From Candidatus Microgenomates bacterium (lineage in GTDB: Bacteria > Patescibacteriota > Microgenomatia > JAADGY01), in contig WFRL01000058.1 in the NCBI GenBank assembly GCA_015486555.1, forward strand, positions 1 to 37,155: a stretch of 37,155 nucleotides of DNA. The letters are read 5' to 3'. Below are positions 17,601-25,882 of this stretch, one piece after another. The notes under the pieces were generated by a model, which was given only the letters and a program-made list of their open reading frames with translations, had not been told where the DNA came from and searched no databases. The position numbers were made by a program, and so were the translations under genes. Each line of letters starts with the position of its first letter. Positions within the stretch are counted from its first letter, which is position 1.

Positions 17601-18446
17601 TTTCTTCCTATTAAAGCGGCTGATTACGGTGATTATATTAAATACTCTCAAGCCTTTGATGCCGTAAAAGGTGATCTTTTTAATTTTGCTTACCGGCCAA
17701 CTAAGCCTCTTTTGATAAAAATTTATACCACGCTGGCTAATACTTCAGCTGGTCCAGAATTTGCTAAAACCTTTATGAGGCCATTAATAAGTGATTATAT
17801 TGATTTTTACAAGCCCCGCGGCTTAACAAAACCAATCTTAGGTTTACCTTTCTTACCCTTAAAGATGCTCTCTAATCTCCTTTCAGGGAAAAGGATCCTC
17901 AGCCGGGAAGATTATCTTGATCTTTTCCAGGCTAGAGTTAAAAATCCAAGTAAGAGGATAATGGGGGCGGAGGCAGGTGGAGAGGTGGCCCATTATGATT
18001 TGGTGAAAGGGCGCTGGGTGTTTGAGGAAAAACCAGTTTTGGAACTTTGGAGAGAAAAGTTCCACCGGCGAACGGTGGGGGAATATGGTGAGGAGACTGA
18101 GGAAGGTCAGGGAGTAAGTGAAAAAGCTATGTCGAGGGTGGATATGTTACGCCACTTTTGGTTAATGGCCAAAGGAGAGGCATCAATTGCTACCCTTCTT
18201 GGTCTGGACGATGCAGTTATTAAGAGGAAAGATTTGGTAGATGACTTAGTTGAGTTCCGGAATATGCATATAATTGATGCCCCAATGTTTAATAGTCTTA
18301 TTCGGGAAAAGTTTGGTTTTTGGTTTTATCTGCAGTACCGTTTCCATTTAGGTGGGCTTGAGTTCACCACCCTATTAGATTTTTTGGGCAGTGGGATAGG
18401 AGTAGGTCTTTCTTCGGCCTTGAGTGAAGGATTTAAGACTCGTTAA
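14697..18446 (+). CDS. Large hypothetical protein (1249 aa, helical, K/E/L-rich)
   Basis: Uninterrupted 3.75-kb ORF; TATAAT 7 nt before ATG; no motif recognised. Confidence 0.85.
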   Translation: MQKEVIDKLKVLTKEDLRGIRVLSLGEGFQVYRLLEEVAEASTLLELGDTRPTRIENQVKSDLIKRDALEKGNEALEELVKSRLLFTVLLIDLYHQGTEGKRRVTELLEIVFPGDDSRKSQIIDFLESKGITNPVGVKVFNEFINQIKKEVGKGWPKKARRGSSMRQKQYQLIKWYWRVRGVGLLTKYTREIRDQGPGAPKKVVYRLRMKGKFIEISRSKIIEINKLLESKDKDKGWVGPRIKAIFSDPNLQESLKEWLKRSKKEILFLSTERDTSKEERLLDLLEKKVRQIKPEVFDEETRERLEDIKERINERRYQLKDETAVDLVESITNEMQPKEVVEAKGRSNTWGLSEWLAKYYRALDLERFLNALGRVGRFLSQVSKYQKEFNKYLQAPESEKDNLTQSFLSLLSDLSLATNLLELMALDSIKRTKITYQDFFNYTRKKQLEFLKDNKIISDDVARWFLDVFDLEEEIKEKFASLIERIPRKTAKEIFKKRWQEINGVDTSDFAEALGDFEDLLAKKDKVTPDDLRRIASRYSYEGGIFDWESKQRDELRNLFGEEGEAEFLDLKKRESSLSGDEEEKLKKYYDKLRSRMYQILNDQILGVNQEYGSQTVLEPTIRIIALLALLPRAERSNFYGFLFASKFDVARLQIKDLSYQPFDHIKINGLQGLEFEINVEEGKTETLTVFDFLDVWEEPANKYFVHSQERDRLKDPKKWESWVVQYALALTESERQKIEKAVMKQTVKERLGIEYDELSSEEKSKVEVLMLAALGVSNATFRSAFIHTGADMKETGLLKGLIGSSLAAELYINLYGGLGLSQEIITTMSDVLSRTRKGRLPILEYITKDEDVFGNNEDKKEIFKNGMKVLFLLPMNNGFRRIGEVHLLARDKELREELFSHPLVAEMITLIDTTPELKEKLINVFELKGKKKPLDAKQVGAREILTKIMEKWSYHYLLRNEENKEEEFLPIKAADYGDYIKYSQAFDAVKGDLFNFAYRPTKPLLIKIYTTLANTSAGPEFAKTFMRPLISDYIDFYKPRGLTKPILGLPFLPLKMLSNLLSGKRILSREDYLDLFQARVKNPSKRIMGAEAGGEVAHYDLVKGRWVFEEKPVLELWREKFHRRTVGEYGEETEEGQGVSEKAMSRVDMLRHFWLMAKGEASIATLLGLDDAVIKRKDLVDDLVEFRNMHIIDAPMFNSLIREKFGFWFYLQYRFHLGGLEFTTLLDFLGSGIGVGLSSALSEGFKTR

Positions 18447-18471
18447 CTGGATGTGCAGTTGTTCGGGACGG

Positions 18472-21447
18472 TTATTTTTCTTTAAGTTCGGGAGATAATG
18501 TTGGTGGCAGGCCGTTGGGGAAGCAGTGGAAACGATAAGGGCAACGGCGGCAGACTAAGCGATCTCTAGTCCGAGGAAATTCTAAATCTTGAATTTTTTG
18601 CCAAACATCAACTAGGAGTTGCCTTAGCTGTTCTTTTTCTTCTTCTGAAGGGGTGAAGCTGAAAAAGAGGGATTTTTGGTTACGGTTGCCGATAAACCAG
18701 AGAGCAAAGGTCAATTTTTTGTCTTCAAACTCTGGTTCGTTTTTGAGGAGAAGAGAATAAAAAGTCAGTTGGCGGCGATAGTCTTCATTAGGATCGGCTA
18801 GGGCCCTTTTAGAAGGTATATGGCCTGTTTTGTAATCAATAACTAGAAAAGTGTCCTTGTCAGAGATGTCTATTCGGTCAACCTTCCCTGTCAAAGGAAC
18901 CTTTTCTGGGGTAAAGACATGCTTTTGAGAGAAATCTAGTTCCGCCTTGTAAGGCTGGCTTTTTTTTAATTGAGGGAGAAGTTGGTCTTGGTAAAAGTGA
19001 GCTAGAAGTTGTTTGGCCTCTCCAATTACTCTTTCTTTTTCCTCCTCCTCGAGAATTTCTCGACTAATGTAGGTTTGAAGAACCTCATTTAATTGATCTA
19101 AACCAAGCCCGTTTTTTTCCTCTTTATAACTTAGCAGCCATTCCTCTAAGGCTTTATGGACAGCCGAGCCTAAAATAAGGTTGGCCGACTTAACTCGCGG
19201 TAAGCGGTAGAGATTATTCAGGAGGAACTGGTATGGGCAGCTAAGGTAGGTTTTTAAGCTGGTAGGAGATAACTTAATTCCTTTTAACCGTTCTCGCCAA
19301 TAGTCTTTTTCGGGAATGACCAGCTGGCTAGGCTTAAAAAGGGAGACAATTACCTTCTCTAATTTTTGTAAATTATCTTGATGTTCTTCTTGACTGATTA
19401 ATTTTTCATCCAGCCGATGGACGAAGACAGAGGGTAGGACTTTTTTCATTAAACCATCCGACCAAACATTAAGGGGGACAGTGATGAAAACCTGTTTTTT
19501 GGCTCGGGTTAAAGCCACATAGAACAGCCTTTCTTCCTCTTCTTCCTTCTCCTTGCGGGGGTCAGAAGAGAGTGAAGAAAACTCAACTATCTCAGCAGGT
19601 AACTTTAAGGGATTAGGAACGTTTTTATGGCTCCACTTTTTCTCAATAAACTGAGGAATGAAGACAACGCTAAACTCCTGCCCCTTGGCTTTATGGACTG
19701 TAGTTAACTTAACGGCCTCAGCATTGGTTAAGAGAGGCTCGGCTTCAAGGGAAAGATGGTGCTTTTCTAGGGTTTCTAGGACTTCTTCCAACTGAGATAA
19801 AGAAGTAACTGTCTGGTCTCGGTACCAGTTTTTGATTTGATTGAAGAAGGTGTAGAGATAAAAAAGTTGGTAACGGTCTTTCTGGCCATTCATTAATTGG
19901 GTTAAAAAGCCAGTCGAGTCCATTAAGTTTTGGATAAAAAGGGGTAGGGGAAGGCGGAGACTTTCCTTCTTAGCCTCCTCTAACTGGTCAAAAATTTTCC
20001 AGATGGGGGCAAAATGTTTTTCTCCTTGAAGGTAGTATTCAAAGATGTTTAAGCCGTTTTCTCTTGCTTGGCGGAAAGCTTGACCAATGAGAGTGGGAGA
20101 AAGGTGGTAAAAGGGCAGATTGAGGAGGTTGAATAATTTTTCCTCGGCTTCTTTCTGGCCCCAAAAGTTAACCACTGTCAGGAGAAGTTTTAATTGGAGA
20201 ACAACTGGCTGGTTGAGAATGTTAATCTGTCCTTCAACCACGTAGGGAATCTTTTCCTTATTAAGAAAAGGGATGTAAACGGCCGCGTCCTTGTTTTCCC
20301 GGTAAATAATTCCTATTTCCTGAGGAGGAAGACCTTCTTTGAGGAGTTTTTTAATTTCTTGAACAATGAACTCAGCTTCCTGAGTAAGTGAAGTAAAAAG
20401 GTGAAGTTGAACTCGACTTTGACTAAGAGAAGAAGTTGGTTTGGCCGCCTCTATTTTTTTATCTATCCCCAAGTTCAAGTTAAATTTCTTTCGTTGAGGT
20501 TCGATAAAATGCTGGCTAAGAAGAATAATCTCCTCTAGTGAACGATAATTAGTTTTCAAATTGATAATTTTTGTCCTGGGAAAGAGGTGTTTAAAGAAGA
20601 GAAAGTTAGCCCGGGAGGCTCCCTGAAAGCGGAAGATTGACTGGTCATCATCACCAACAACAAAAACATTAGCCTCCTCTCCCCAGAAAGTTGATAGTTG
20701 CCTGATTAGCTTATTTTGAGCAGCGTTAGTATCTTGATATTCATCTACCAAGAGATACAAGGTTCGTTCCTGAACCGCTAAAGCCAACTCTCTGTCTTTT
20801 TTGAGGAGAGTTATTACTTCATTAATCATATCCTCGAAGTCATAAAGGCCTTCTTTTTTTAAGCGGCGCTGATACTCTTGGTAAAGGTGGACCAATTCTT
20901 TTAGGCGCTTTTTCTGCTTATCCTCTAAGGAAGTAGAGGAAGAGATAATTTCCTTTAGTTGATCTGAATTAACCGACTCCTTTTTTAGGTCACTGAGAGC
21001 CTTGATTAAATGGCGAACGTAAAAACTAGTATCTCCAAAAGGTTTAAGGTAATAATAATTTCCCCTTTTTAGGATTTCTTCTATTAGCTGGATCTTTTCG
21101 ATGATATTTATCGGCCTGCCCTGACGGAGATGAGGAAACTTCTCCGGATATTGGCGAATAATCTGACCAGCTAGAGAATGAAAAGTAGAGATGTTTACTT
21201 GGTAAGCAGTTTCTCCTATGATTTGGGCCAAGCGGCTAATCATATTCTCGGCTGCCGCCTCGGTATAGGTGAGAGCGGTGATGGCGTAAGGGGGGGTATC
21301 AGTTTTTTGGAGAATATTGGCGATTCGAAGAGTTAGGACTTGAGTTTTTCCGGTGCCCGGACCGGCAATGACCATTACCGGACCCTCTAAACTGTCGACA
21401 GCCTCCTTTTGCCGCTGGTTTAAACTCTGGTAAAGTTGGTCAAACAT
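18472..21447 (-). CDS. UvrD/PcrA-family SF1 helicase fused to C-terminal PD-(D/E)XK nuclease with 4-Cys (Fe-S-type) motif
   Basis: AGPGTGKT, LVDEYQDTN, VGDDDQSIFRFQGA, NYRS, TVHKAKGQEF, EERLFYVALTRAK; then LSPTSL..YLSCP, GKVDRID, IDYKTG, QLTFY, CRRCPYRFHC. Confidence 0.92.
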   Translation of the reverse strand: MFDQLYQSLNQRQKEAVDSLEGPVMVIAGPGTGKTQVLTLRIANILQKTDTPPYAITALTYTEAAAENMISRLAQIIGETAYQVNISTFHSLAGQIIRQYPEKFPHLRQGRPINIIEKIQLIEEILKRGNYYYLKPFGDTSFYVRHLIKALSDLKKESVNSDQLKEIISSSTSLEDKQKKRLKELVHLYQEYQRRLKKEGLYDFEDMINEVITLLKKDRELALAVQERTLYLLVDEYQDTNAAQNKLIRQLSTFWGEEANVFVVGDDDQSIFRFQGASRANFLFFKHLFPRTKIINLKTNYRSLEEIILLSQHFIEPQRKKFNLNLGIDKKIEAAKPTSSLSQSRVQLHLFTSLTQEAEFIVQEIKKLLKEGLPPQEIGIIYRENKDAAVYIPFLNKEKIPYVVEGQINILNQPVVLQLKLLLTVVNFWGQKEAEEKLFNLLNLPFYHLSPTLIGQAFRQARENGLNIFEYYLQGEKHFAPIWKIFDQLEEAKKESLRLPLPLFIQNLMDSTGFLTQLMNGQKDRYQLFYLYTFFNQIKNWYRDQTVTSLSQLEEVLETLEKHHLSLEAEPLLTNAEAVKLTTVHKAKGQEFSVVFIPQFIEKKWSHKNVPNPLKLPAEIVEFSSLSSDPRKEKEEEEERLFYVALTRAKKQVFITVPLNVWSDGLMKKVLPSVFVHRLDEKLISQEEHQDNLQKLEKVIVSLFKPSQLVIPEKDYWRERLKGIKLSPTSLKTYLSCPYQFLLNNLYRLPRVKSANLILGSAVHKALEEWLLSYKEEKNGLGLDQLNEVLQTYISREILEEEEKERVIGEAKQLLAHFYQDQLLPQLKKSQPYKAELDFSQKHVFTPEKVPLTGKVDRIDISDKDTFLVIDYKTGHIPSKRALADPNEDYRRQLTFYSLLLKNEPEFEDKKLTFALWFIGNRNQKSLFFSFTPSEEEKEQLRQLLVDVWQKIQDLEFPRTRDRLVCRRCPYRFHCFPNGLPPTLSPELKEK

Positions 21448-21449
21448 CT

Positions 21450-23672
21450 TTAGGCGAACTCAACTTTAAAGGGATAAGCCTGGGTGGCTAGAAGAGGTTG
21501 AGTGAAAATTTTCTGGTGCTTTTTTTCTTGATGGAAGACCTGCCAGATAGCCTCGGTTACGAAGGGGAGAAAAGGATGGAAAAGGGTCAGATAGTTGGCT
21601 AAGAGGGTAGTTAAGAGAGAAATAGCTTGGAGGTCGCCGCCGTAAGCAGTTTCTTTTAAGAACTCGATATCTTGGTCGCAGAATTTATGCCAGAACTGCT
21701 GGCGGAGGTGGTCAGCCGCCTGGCCGTAGCGGAAGTTATTTATCTCTTTCTTATAACCAGTTAAAAACTTTTGATAATCAGCCCAAATTTCCTGATACTT
21801 GATTGGGGTGGTTTTTCCAGGAGAAAAAGGTGATATTTCTTCCTTAATTTTAGAGGTAGTCAGATTAATAAAACGAGAAGCATTCCAGATTTTGTTAGTC
21901 AGGTACTGGCCGGCTTTGAATTTTGACTCGCCTATACTGGTTGACTCTCCTTGGCCGACTCCAGCTACCAAAGCGAAACGGAGGGCATCAGTGCCATACT
22001 TGTCGATGGTTTCTAGGGGGTTAATAACGTTCCCTTTAGATTTGCTCATTTTTTGGCCTTTTTCGTCTCGGACCAGGCCGTGGAGATAAACAATCTTAAA
22101 TGGCACTTGGCCGGTTACTGCTAGCCCTATCATTACCATCCGCGAGACCCAGAGATAAAGAATGTCATAACCAGTTTCCATCACAGTTGTTGGGTAGAAA
22201 ATTTTAAAGTCTTCCTTCGGCTTTTGGTAATCAAAACCAAGAGTGGTAAATGGCCACTGGCTTGAGGAAAACCAAGTGTCAAGAGTATCCGGATCGTGAA
22301 TAAGATGAGTATTCCCACAGTAGGGACATTTCTTCGGTGGCTGGGAACTGACGATGATTTGACCACAGCCTTCAACTTCATTCTTTAACTGGGGGTTCAT
22401 TTCTAATTGGAGAGGAGAAAGAGCTTTTTTGCCGCAGTAATAAACCGGCAAGCGGTGGCCCCACCAGATTTGGCGAGAAAGGCACCAATCTTTGAGATTC
22501 CACACCCAGTCAAGGTAAAGTTTTTTGAATCGAGGGGGGATGAACTTAATCTTACCTTTTTCCACTACCTCGAGAGCCTTTTTAGCCAGAGATTTAGTTT
22601 TCAGCCACCACTGAGTAGAAACCATCGGTTCGATAACTGTTTTGCAACGTTCACAGTGGCCAACATTATGTTCTATCTCTTCTACTTTTACCAAGTAACC
22701 TTCTTTTTTGAGGCGGCTAACTATCTTTTCTCGAGCAACCAATTTAGATGAACCAGCATACTCTCCGGCTTGCTTAGTCATCTTATCGTCAAAGCCAATC
22801 ACCTGTATCCAGGGCAAGTGATGATCTTCTCCAATCTGCCAATCTAGAGGATCATGAGCTGGAGTAATTTTTACCGCCCCAGTGGCAAATTCTTTATCAA
22901 CCCGCTGGTCGCTAATAATAGGAATTTCCCTATCTACTAGAGGTAAGACTAACTTTTTACCAACTAGTTGATGGTAGCGTTTATCCTCTGGATGAACAGC
23001 CACGGCCACATCAGCCAACATGGTTTCTGGTCTGGTGGTGGCGATAGTTAGAGCACCTTCCTCATCCTTGAGAGGGTACTTAATATAGTAGAGATAGCCT
23101 TTATCTTGATGATGCTCAACCTCTAAATCTGAGAGAACTGTTTGGCAGCGAGGGCACCAGTTAATCAAACGTTCCTTGCGGTAAATTAGTCCTTGTTTAT
23201 AGAACTTGACAAAAGTATCTAAAACAACTTTTGAGATTTCTGGGTCAAGGGTAAACTTTTCTCGGCTCCAATCAGCTGAAGCCCCCATCTTTTTAAACTG
23301 GCTAATGATGTTTTTTTTCTGTTCTTGGGTGAATTGATAGCAGGCTTGAAAAAACTTATCTCGGCCAAGATTGAAGCGGCTTTTACCTTCTTTGGCTAGA
23401 TGGCGTTCAAAAACCACTTGGGTTTGAATACCGGCATGGTCCGTTCCTGGCAGGAGAAGAGTTCGGTACCCTGACATCCGGGCCAAGCGTGCCATAATAT
23501 CTTCCAGGGTGATAAATAAGGCATGTCCGATGTGAAGATACCCATTGGCATTAGGTGGAGGCATAATGATGACAAAAGGTTTTCCTTCTTTTTTTGGTTG
23601 AAAAATACCATTCTTCTCCCATAGCTGGTAGATCTTTTCCTCAACTAATTGGGGATGAAAGTGTTTTTCCAT
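21450..23672 (-). CDS. valS: Valine--tRNA ligase
   Basis: PPPNANGYLHIGH, DHAGIQTQ, ATTRPET, DWCLSRQIWWGH, DTWFSS, KMSKS. Confidence 0.97.
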   Translation of the reverse strand: MEKHFHPQLVEEKIYQLWEKNGIFQPKKEGKPFVIIMPPPNANGYLHIGHALFITLEDIMARLARMSGYRTLLLPGTDHAGIQTQVVFERHLAKEGKSRFNLGRDKFFQACYQFTQEQKKNIISQFKKMGASADWSREKFTLDPEISKVVLDTFVKFYKQGLIYRKERLINWCPRCQTVLSDLEVEHHQDKGYLYYIKYPLKDEEGALTIATTRPETMLADVAVAVHPEDKRYHQLVGKKLVLPLVDREIPIISDQRVDKEFATGAVKITPAHDPLDWQIGEDHHLPWIQVIGFDDKMTKQAGEYAGSSKLVAREKIVSRLKKEGYLVKVEEIEHNVGHCERCKTVIEPMVSTQWWLKTKSLAKKALEVVEKGKIKFIPPRFKKLYLDWVWNLKDWCLSRQIWWGHRLPVYYCGKKALSPLQLEMNPQLKNEVEGCGQIIVSSQPPKKCPYCGNTHLIHDPDTLDTWFSSSQWPFTTLGFDYQKPKEDFKIFYPTTVMETGYDILYLWVSRMVMIGLAVTGQVPFKIVYLHGLVRDEKGQKMSKSKGNVINPLETIDKYGTDALRFALVAGVGQGESTSIGESKFKAGQYLTNKIWNASRFINLTTSKIKEEISPFSPGKTTPIKYQEIWADYQKFLTGYKKEINNFRYGQAADHLRQQFWHKFCDQDIEFLKETAYGGDLQAISLLTTLLANYLTLFHPFLPFVTEAIWQVFHQEKKHQKIFTQPLLATQAYPFKVEFA

Positions 23673-23974
23673 TAGTGATGCACCTTTATCTTTTTAACTT
23701 CCTTGCGCAGCCGTTTGGCTACCTCGGTCAAGCCGTTAGTTATTTCCTTAGTAGTCACTTGGGCATAGAAGGTTTTACCTTGCCACTCTAAGCGAGCTTC
23801 TAGTGAGTAATGTTCTGTCTTATCCTTGTCGCAACTAAGAGAGAGGTGAAGAGGTTCTTCTTTTTTAGCAGTTAGGCGGAAGAGTTTAGCGAATCTTTTT
23901 TGAAAAAAGAGTTGAATTAGTTCTTTTTCTTCCTTTCCCAGTTTAGGATAATGAAAACTAAGATTAAGTTTCAT
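23672..23974 (-). CDS. HPF/RaiA-family ribosome hibernation-like protein
   Basis: 100 aa with beta-alpha-beta-beta-beta-alpha pattern: F.KL..L..YSLEARL..GKTFYAQ..L.EV.KRLRKEVKK. Confidence 0.6.
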   Translation of the reverse strand: MKLNLSFHYPKLGKEEKELIQLFFQKRFAKLFRLTAKKEEPLHLSLSCDKDKTEHYSLEARLEWQGKTFYAQVTTKEITNGLTEVAKRLRKEVKKIKVHH

Positions 23975-24014
23975 CCTTTTATCTCCCTTAATTTATCTTT
24001 TATTTTACCAGTTT

Positions 24015-24275
24015 TTAGTTGTCTTCCTCGAACATCCGCTTAAAAGTAGGATCATTTTCCTTGAGGTACTCAATCAACATAGTGGCATGTTCTTTTTCCT
24101 CATCGCGATTGTGTTCTAAAACCTTTTTCAACCTTTCATCCCTAGTAGCTTCTATTCTTTCTTGATAAAGATTGATAGCATCTAGCTCTTCAATTAAAGA
24201 CTGGCGAGCCCGAGTTAAGTTTTTACTTTTTTCCTCCATTTTAGGAGCATCGTTTAAATCTAAAGGTGGCATCAT
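24015..24275 (-). CDS. Encapsulin-associated-type ferritin-like protein (start revised to 24275 or 24272)
   Basis: SLIEELDAINLYQERIEAT..LKKVLEHNRDEEKEHATML di-iron motif; SD AAGGAGG before tandem ATGs. Confidence 0.85.
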   Translation of the reverse strand: MMPPLDLNDAPKMEEKSKNLTRARQSLIEELDAINLYQERIEATRDERLKKVLEHNRDEEKEHATMLIEYLKENDPTFKRMFEEDN

Positions 24276-24374
24276 TTCCTCCTTGGTTAAGTTAGTAATC
24301 TCTGTTTCTATAATAACATCCATAGGATAGAAATAACCAATTATCAAATTCCAAGGAGACAAATAAGAATAAAT

Positions 24375-24482
24375 CCGAAACTCTAAATTCTAAGCTCCAA
24401 ATAAATTCGAAATCCTAAATCCGAAATCCTAAACCTGCCTGCCGGCAGGCAGGTCCTAAATTCAAATGATCCAAATTCAAAA
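24375..24482. repeat. Degenerate heptamer tract (TCCTAAA/TCCGAAA-like) carrying the 20-bp palindrome at 24434-24453
   Basis: ..TTCGAAA TCCTAAA TCCGAAA TCCTAAA [CCTGCCTGCCGGCAGGCAGG] TCCTAAA TTCAAA.. Confidence 0.8.
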
Positions 24483-24494
24483 CTTTTTCTCCAG

Positions 24495-24515
24495 GTCATC
24501 CTGAGGAAGCTGGGG
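24495..24515. repeat. Orphan left-arm fragment of the REP-like element
   Basis: GTCATCCTGAGGAAGCTGGGG, inverse of 29176-29195 with one extra A. Confidence 0.7.
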
Positions 24516-24560
24516 GTTAGTTTAATTAGGAGTGTAGAAGGAAGTGTTAAGATAATAAAT

Positions 24561-25118
24561 ATGAAGTTAAGTCGTCAGCAAGCTTGGCAAAAGTTGAACT
24601 CTTTAATTGATAACCCTAACTTAATCAAACACTGTTTAGCGGTTGAGGCAGCTATGGGTCATTATGCTGATTATTTTAAACTGTCTCCAACCGAAAAGGA
24701 AAAATGGCAGATAACCGGCCTTCTCCATGATGCTGATTGGGAAAAATATCCAGATAAACATCCCCAGGTTATTGTCCAGTGGTTAAAGGACCAAGGGGAA
24801 GATGAGGATGTCATCAATGCTATCGCTGCTCATGGCTTTGAGTTTGGAGTTGAGCCCAAGACTTTGATGGCCCGGGTTTTACGGGCAGTTGATGAACTGA
24901 CTGGTTTAATTGTAGCGGTGGCCTTGGTTAAGGGCCACAAACTAGCTAATGTTCAAGTTAAATCAGTCCTCAAAAAGATGAAAGATAAATCCTTTGCCCG
25001 AGGAGTTAATCGGGAGGATATAAAACAGGGAGCGGAGGAGATAGAACTACCCCTGGAAGAGCATATTGGCCACACCCTCTCCGCCCTTCAAAGCATAGCT
25101 GATGAATTGGAGTTATAA
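24561..25118 (+). CDS. HD-domain (HDIG-type) metal-dependent hydrolase
   Basis: LIKHCLAVEAAM, GLLHDADWE, AIAAHG, AVDELTGLI, KDKSFARGVNRE. Confidence 0.88.
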   Translation: MKLSRQQAWQKLNSLIDNPNLIKHCLAVEAAMGHYADYFKLSPTEKEKWQITGLLHDADWEKYPDKHPQVIVQWLKDQGEDEDVINAIAAHGFEFGVEPKTLMARVLRAVDELTGLIVAVALVKGHKLANVQVKSVLKKMKDKSFARGVNREDIKQGAEEIELPLEEHIGHTLSALQSIADELEL

Positions 25119-25238
25119 TATCAACCTAATATCAACCTCCGAGGTTGGTTATCTCAGTTAACCTCAGGAAGGTCCCCCTAGGGGGTGGAGTACACTATAT
25201 AATTTGGGTTTGATTTTTCAATTAGGTAGAACTAGAAC

Positions 25239-25267
25239 TTGACTTTCGATAAGTTTCGAAATATGAT
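25239..25267 (+). promoter_or_regulatory. sigma70 promoter with inverted-repeat operator candidate in the spacer
   Basis: TTGACT-17-TATGAT; TTTCGA-N6-TCGAAA at 25244-25261. Confidence 0.65.
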
Positions 25268-25276
25268 AGTGTTAAT

Positions 25277-25882
25277 ATGAAAAAAATCGAAACAATCTGG
25301 CACCATATTTTATGGTCGGCCTTGATCAAAAAGCAATATCGCCAAACTCAAAAAGGTTTGGCCCAACAGTTCGCTTATTCTCTAAGTACAGTTCACCATG
25401 CCTTAAAAGTGCCGGTGAAGATAGGAGCAATAAGGAAAGACCACTGGGGGTTTGTTCTCACTGATTTTAAAAAACTCCTTTTTTATTGGGCCAGTGTCAG
25501 AGGTCTGGAAGCCAACATGGTTTACCAAACTTATGTTAACCTGCCGGTAAAAGAGTTGGAGGCTGAGCTCCCTGGTGAAGGAATTTACGGCGGCTATAGC
25601 GCCGCTAGATTTTGGTTTCTAGAGTCCCCAGCCGATTATGACAAGGTTTTTTATTACTTTCAGGATGTTGAGCTGCTGAAGCGCCGATTTCCGCCAAATA
25701 CCCGTTATCCTGCCAATCTTTTTATCCTCAAAACCCAAAATCTTGAGAACTATCGGAAAATTTATCACCAAGAATACACTACCTTGCCCCATACTTTTGT
25801 TGATATTTGGAATCTTTCTGATTGGTATGCCCAAGAATTTATTAAGGCCTTACAAGAAAAAATTGATGAATTATTATTCTAA
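25277..25882 (+). CDS. Winged-HTH protein, AbiEi/type IV antitoxin-like
   Basis: QTQKGLAQQFAYSLSTVHHAL..GAI HTH; KLLFYWA; GGYSAA; overlaps downstream NTase gene. Confidence 0.6.
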   Translation: MKKIETIWHHILWSALIKKQYRQTQKGLAQQFAYSLSTVHHALKVPVKIGAIRKDHWGFVLTDFKKLLFYWASVRGLEANMVYQTYVNLPVKELEAELPGEGIYGGYSAARFWFLESPADYDKVFYYFQDVELLKRRFPPNTRYPANLFILKTQNLENYRKIYHQEYTTLPHTFVDIWNLSDWYAQEFIKALQEKIDELLF

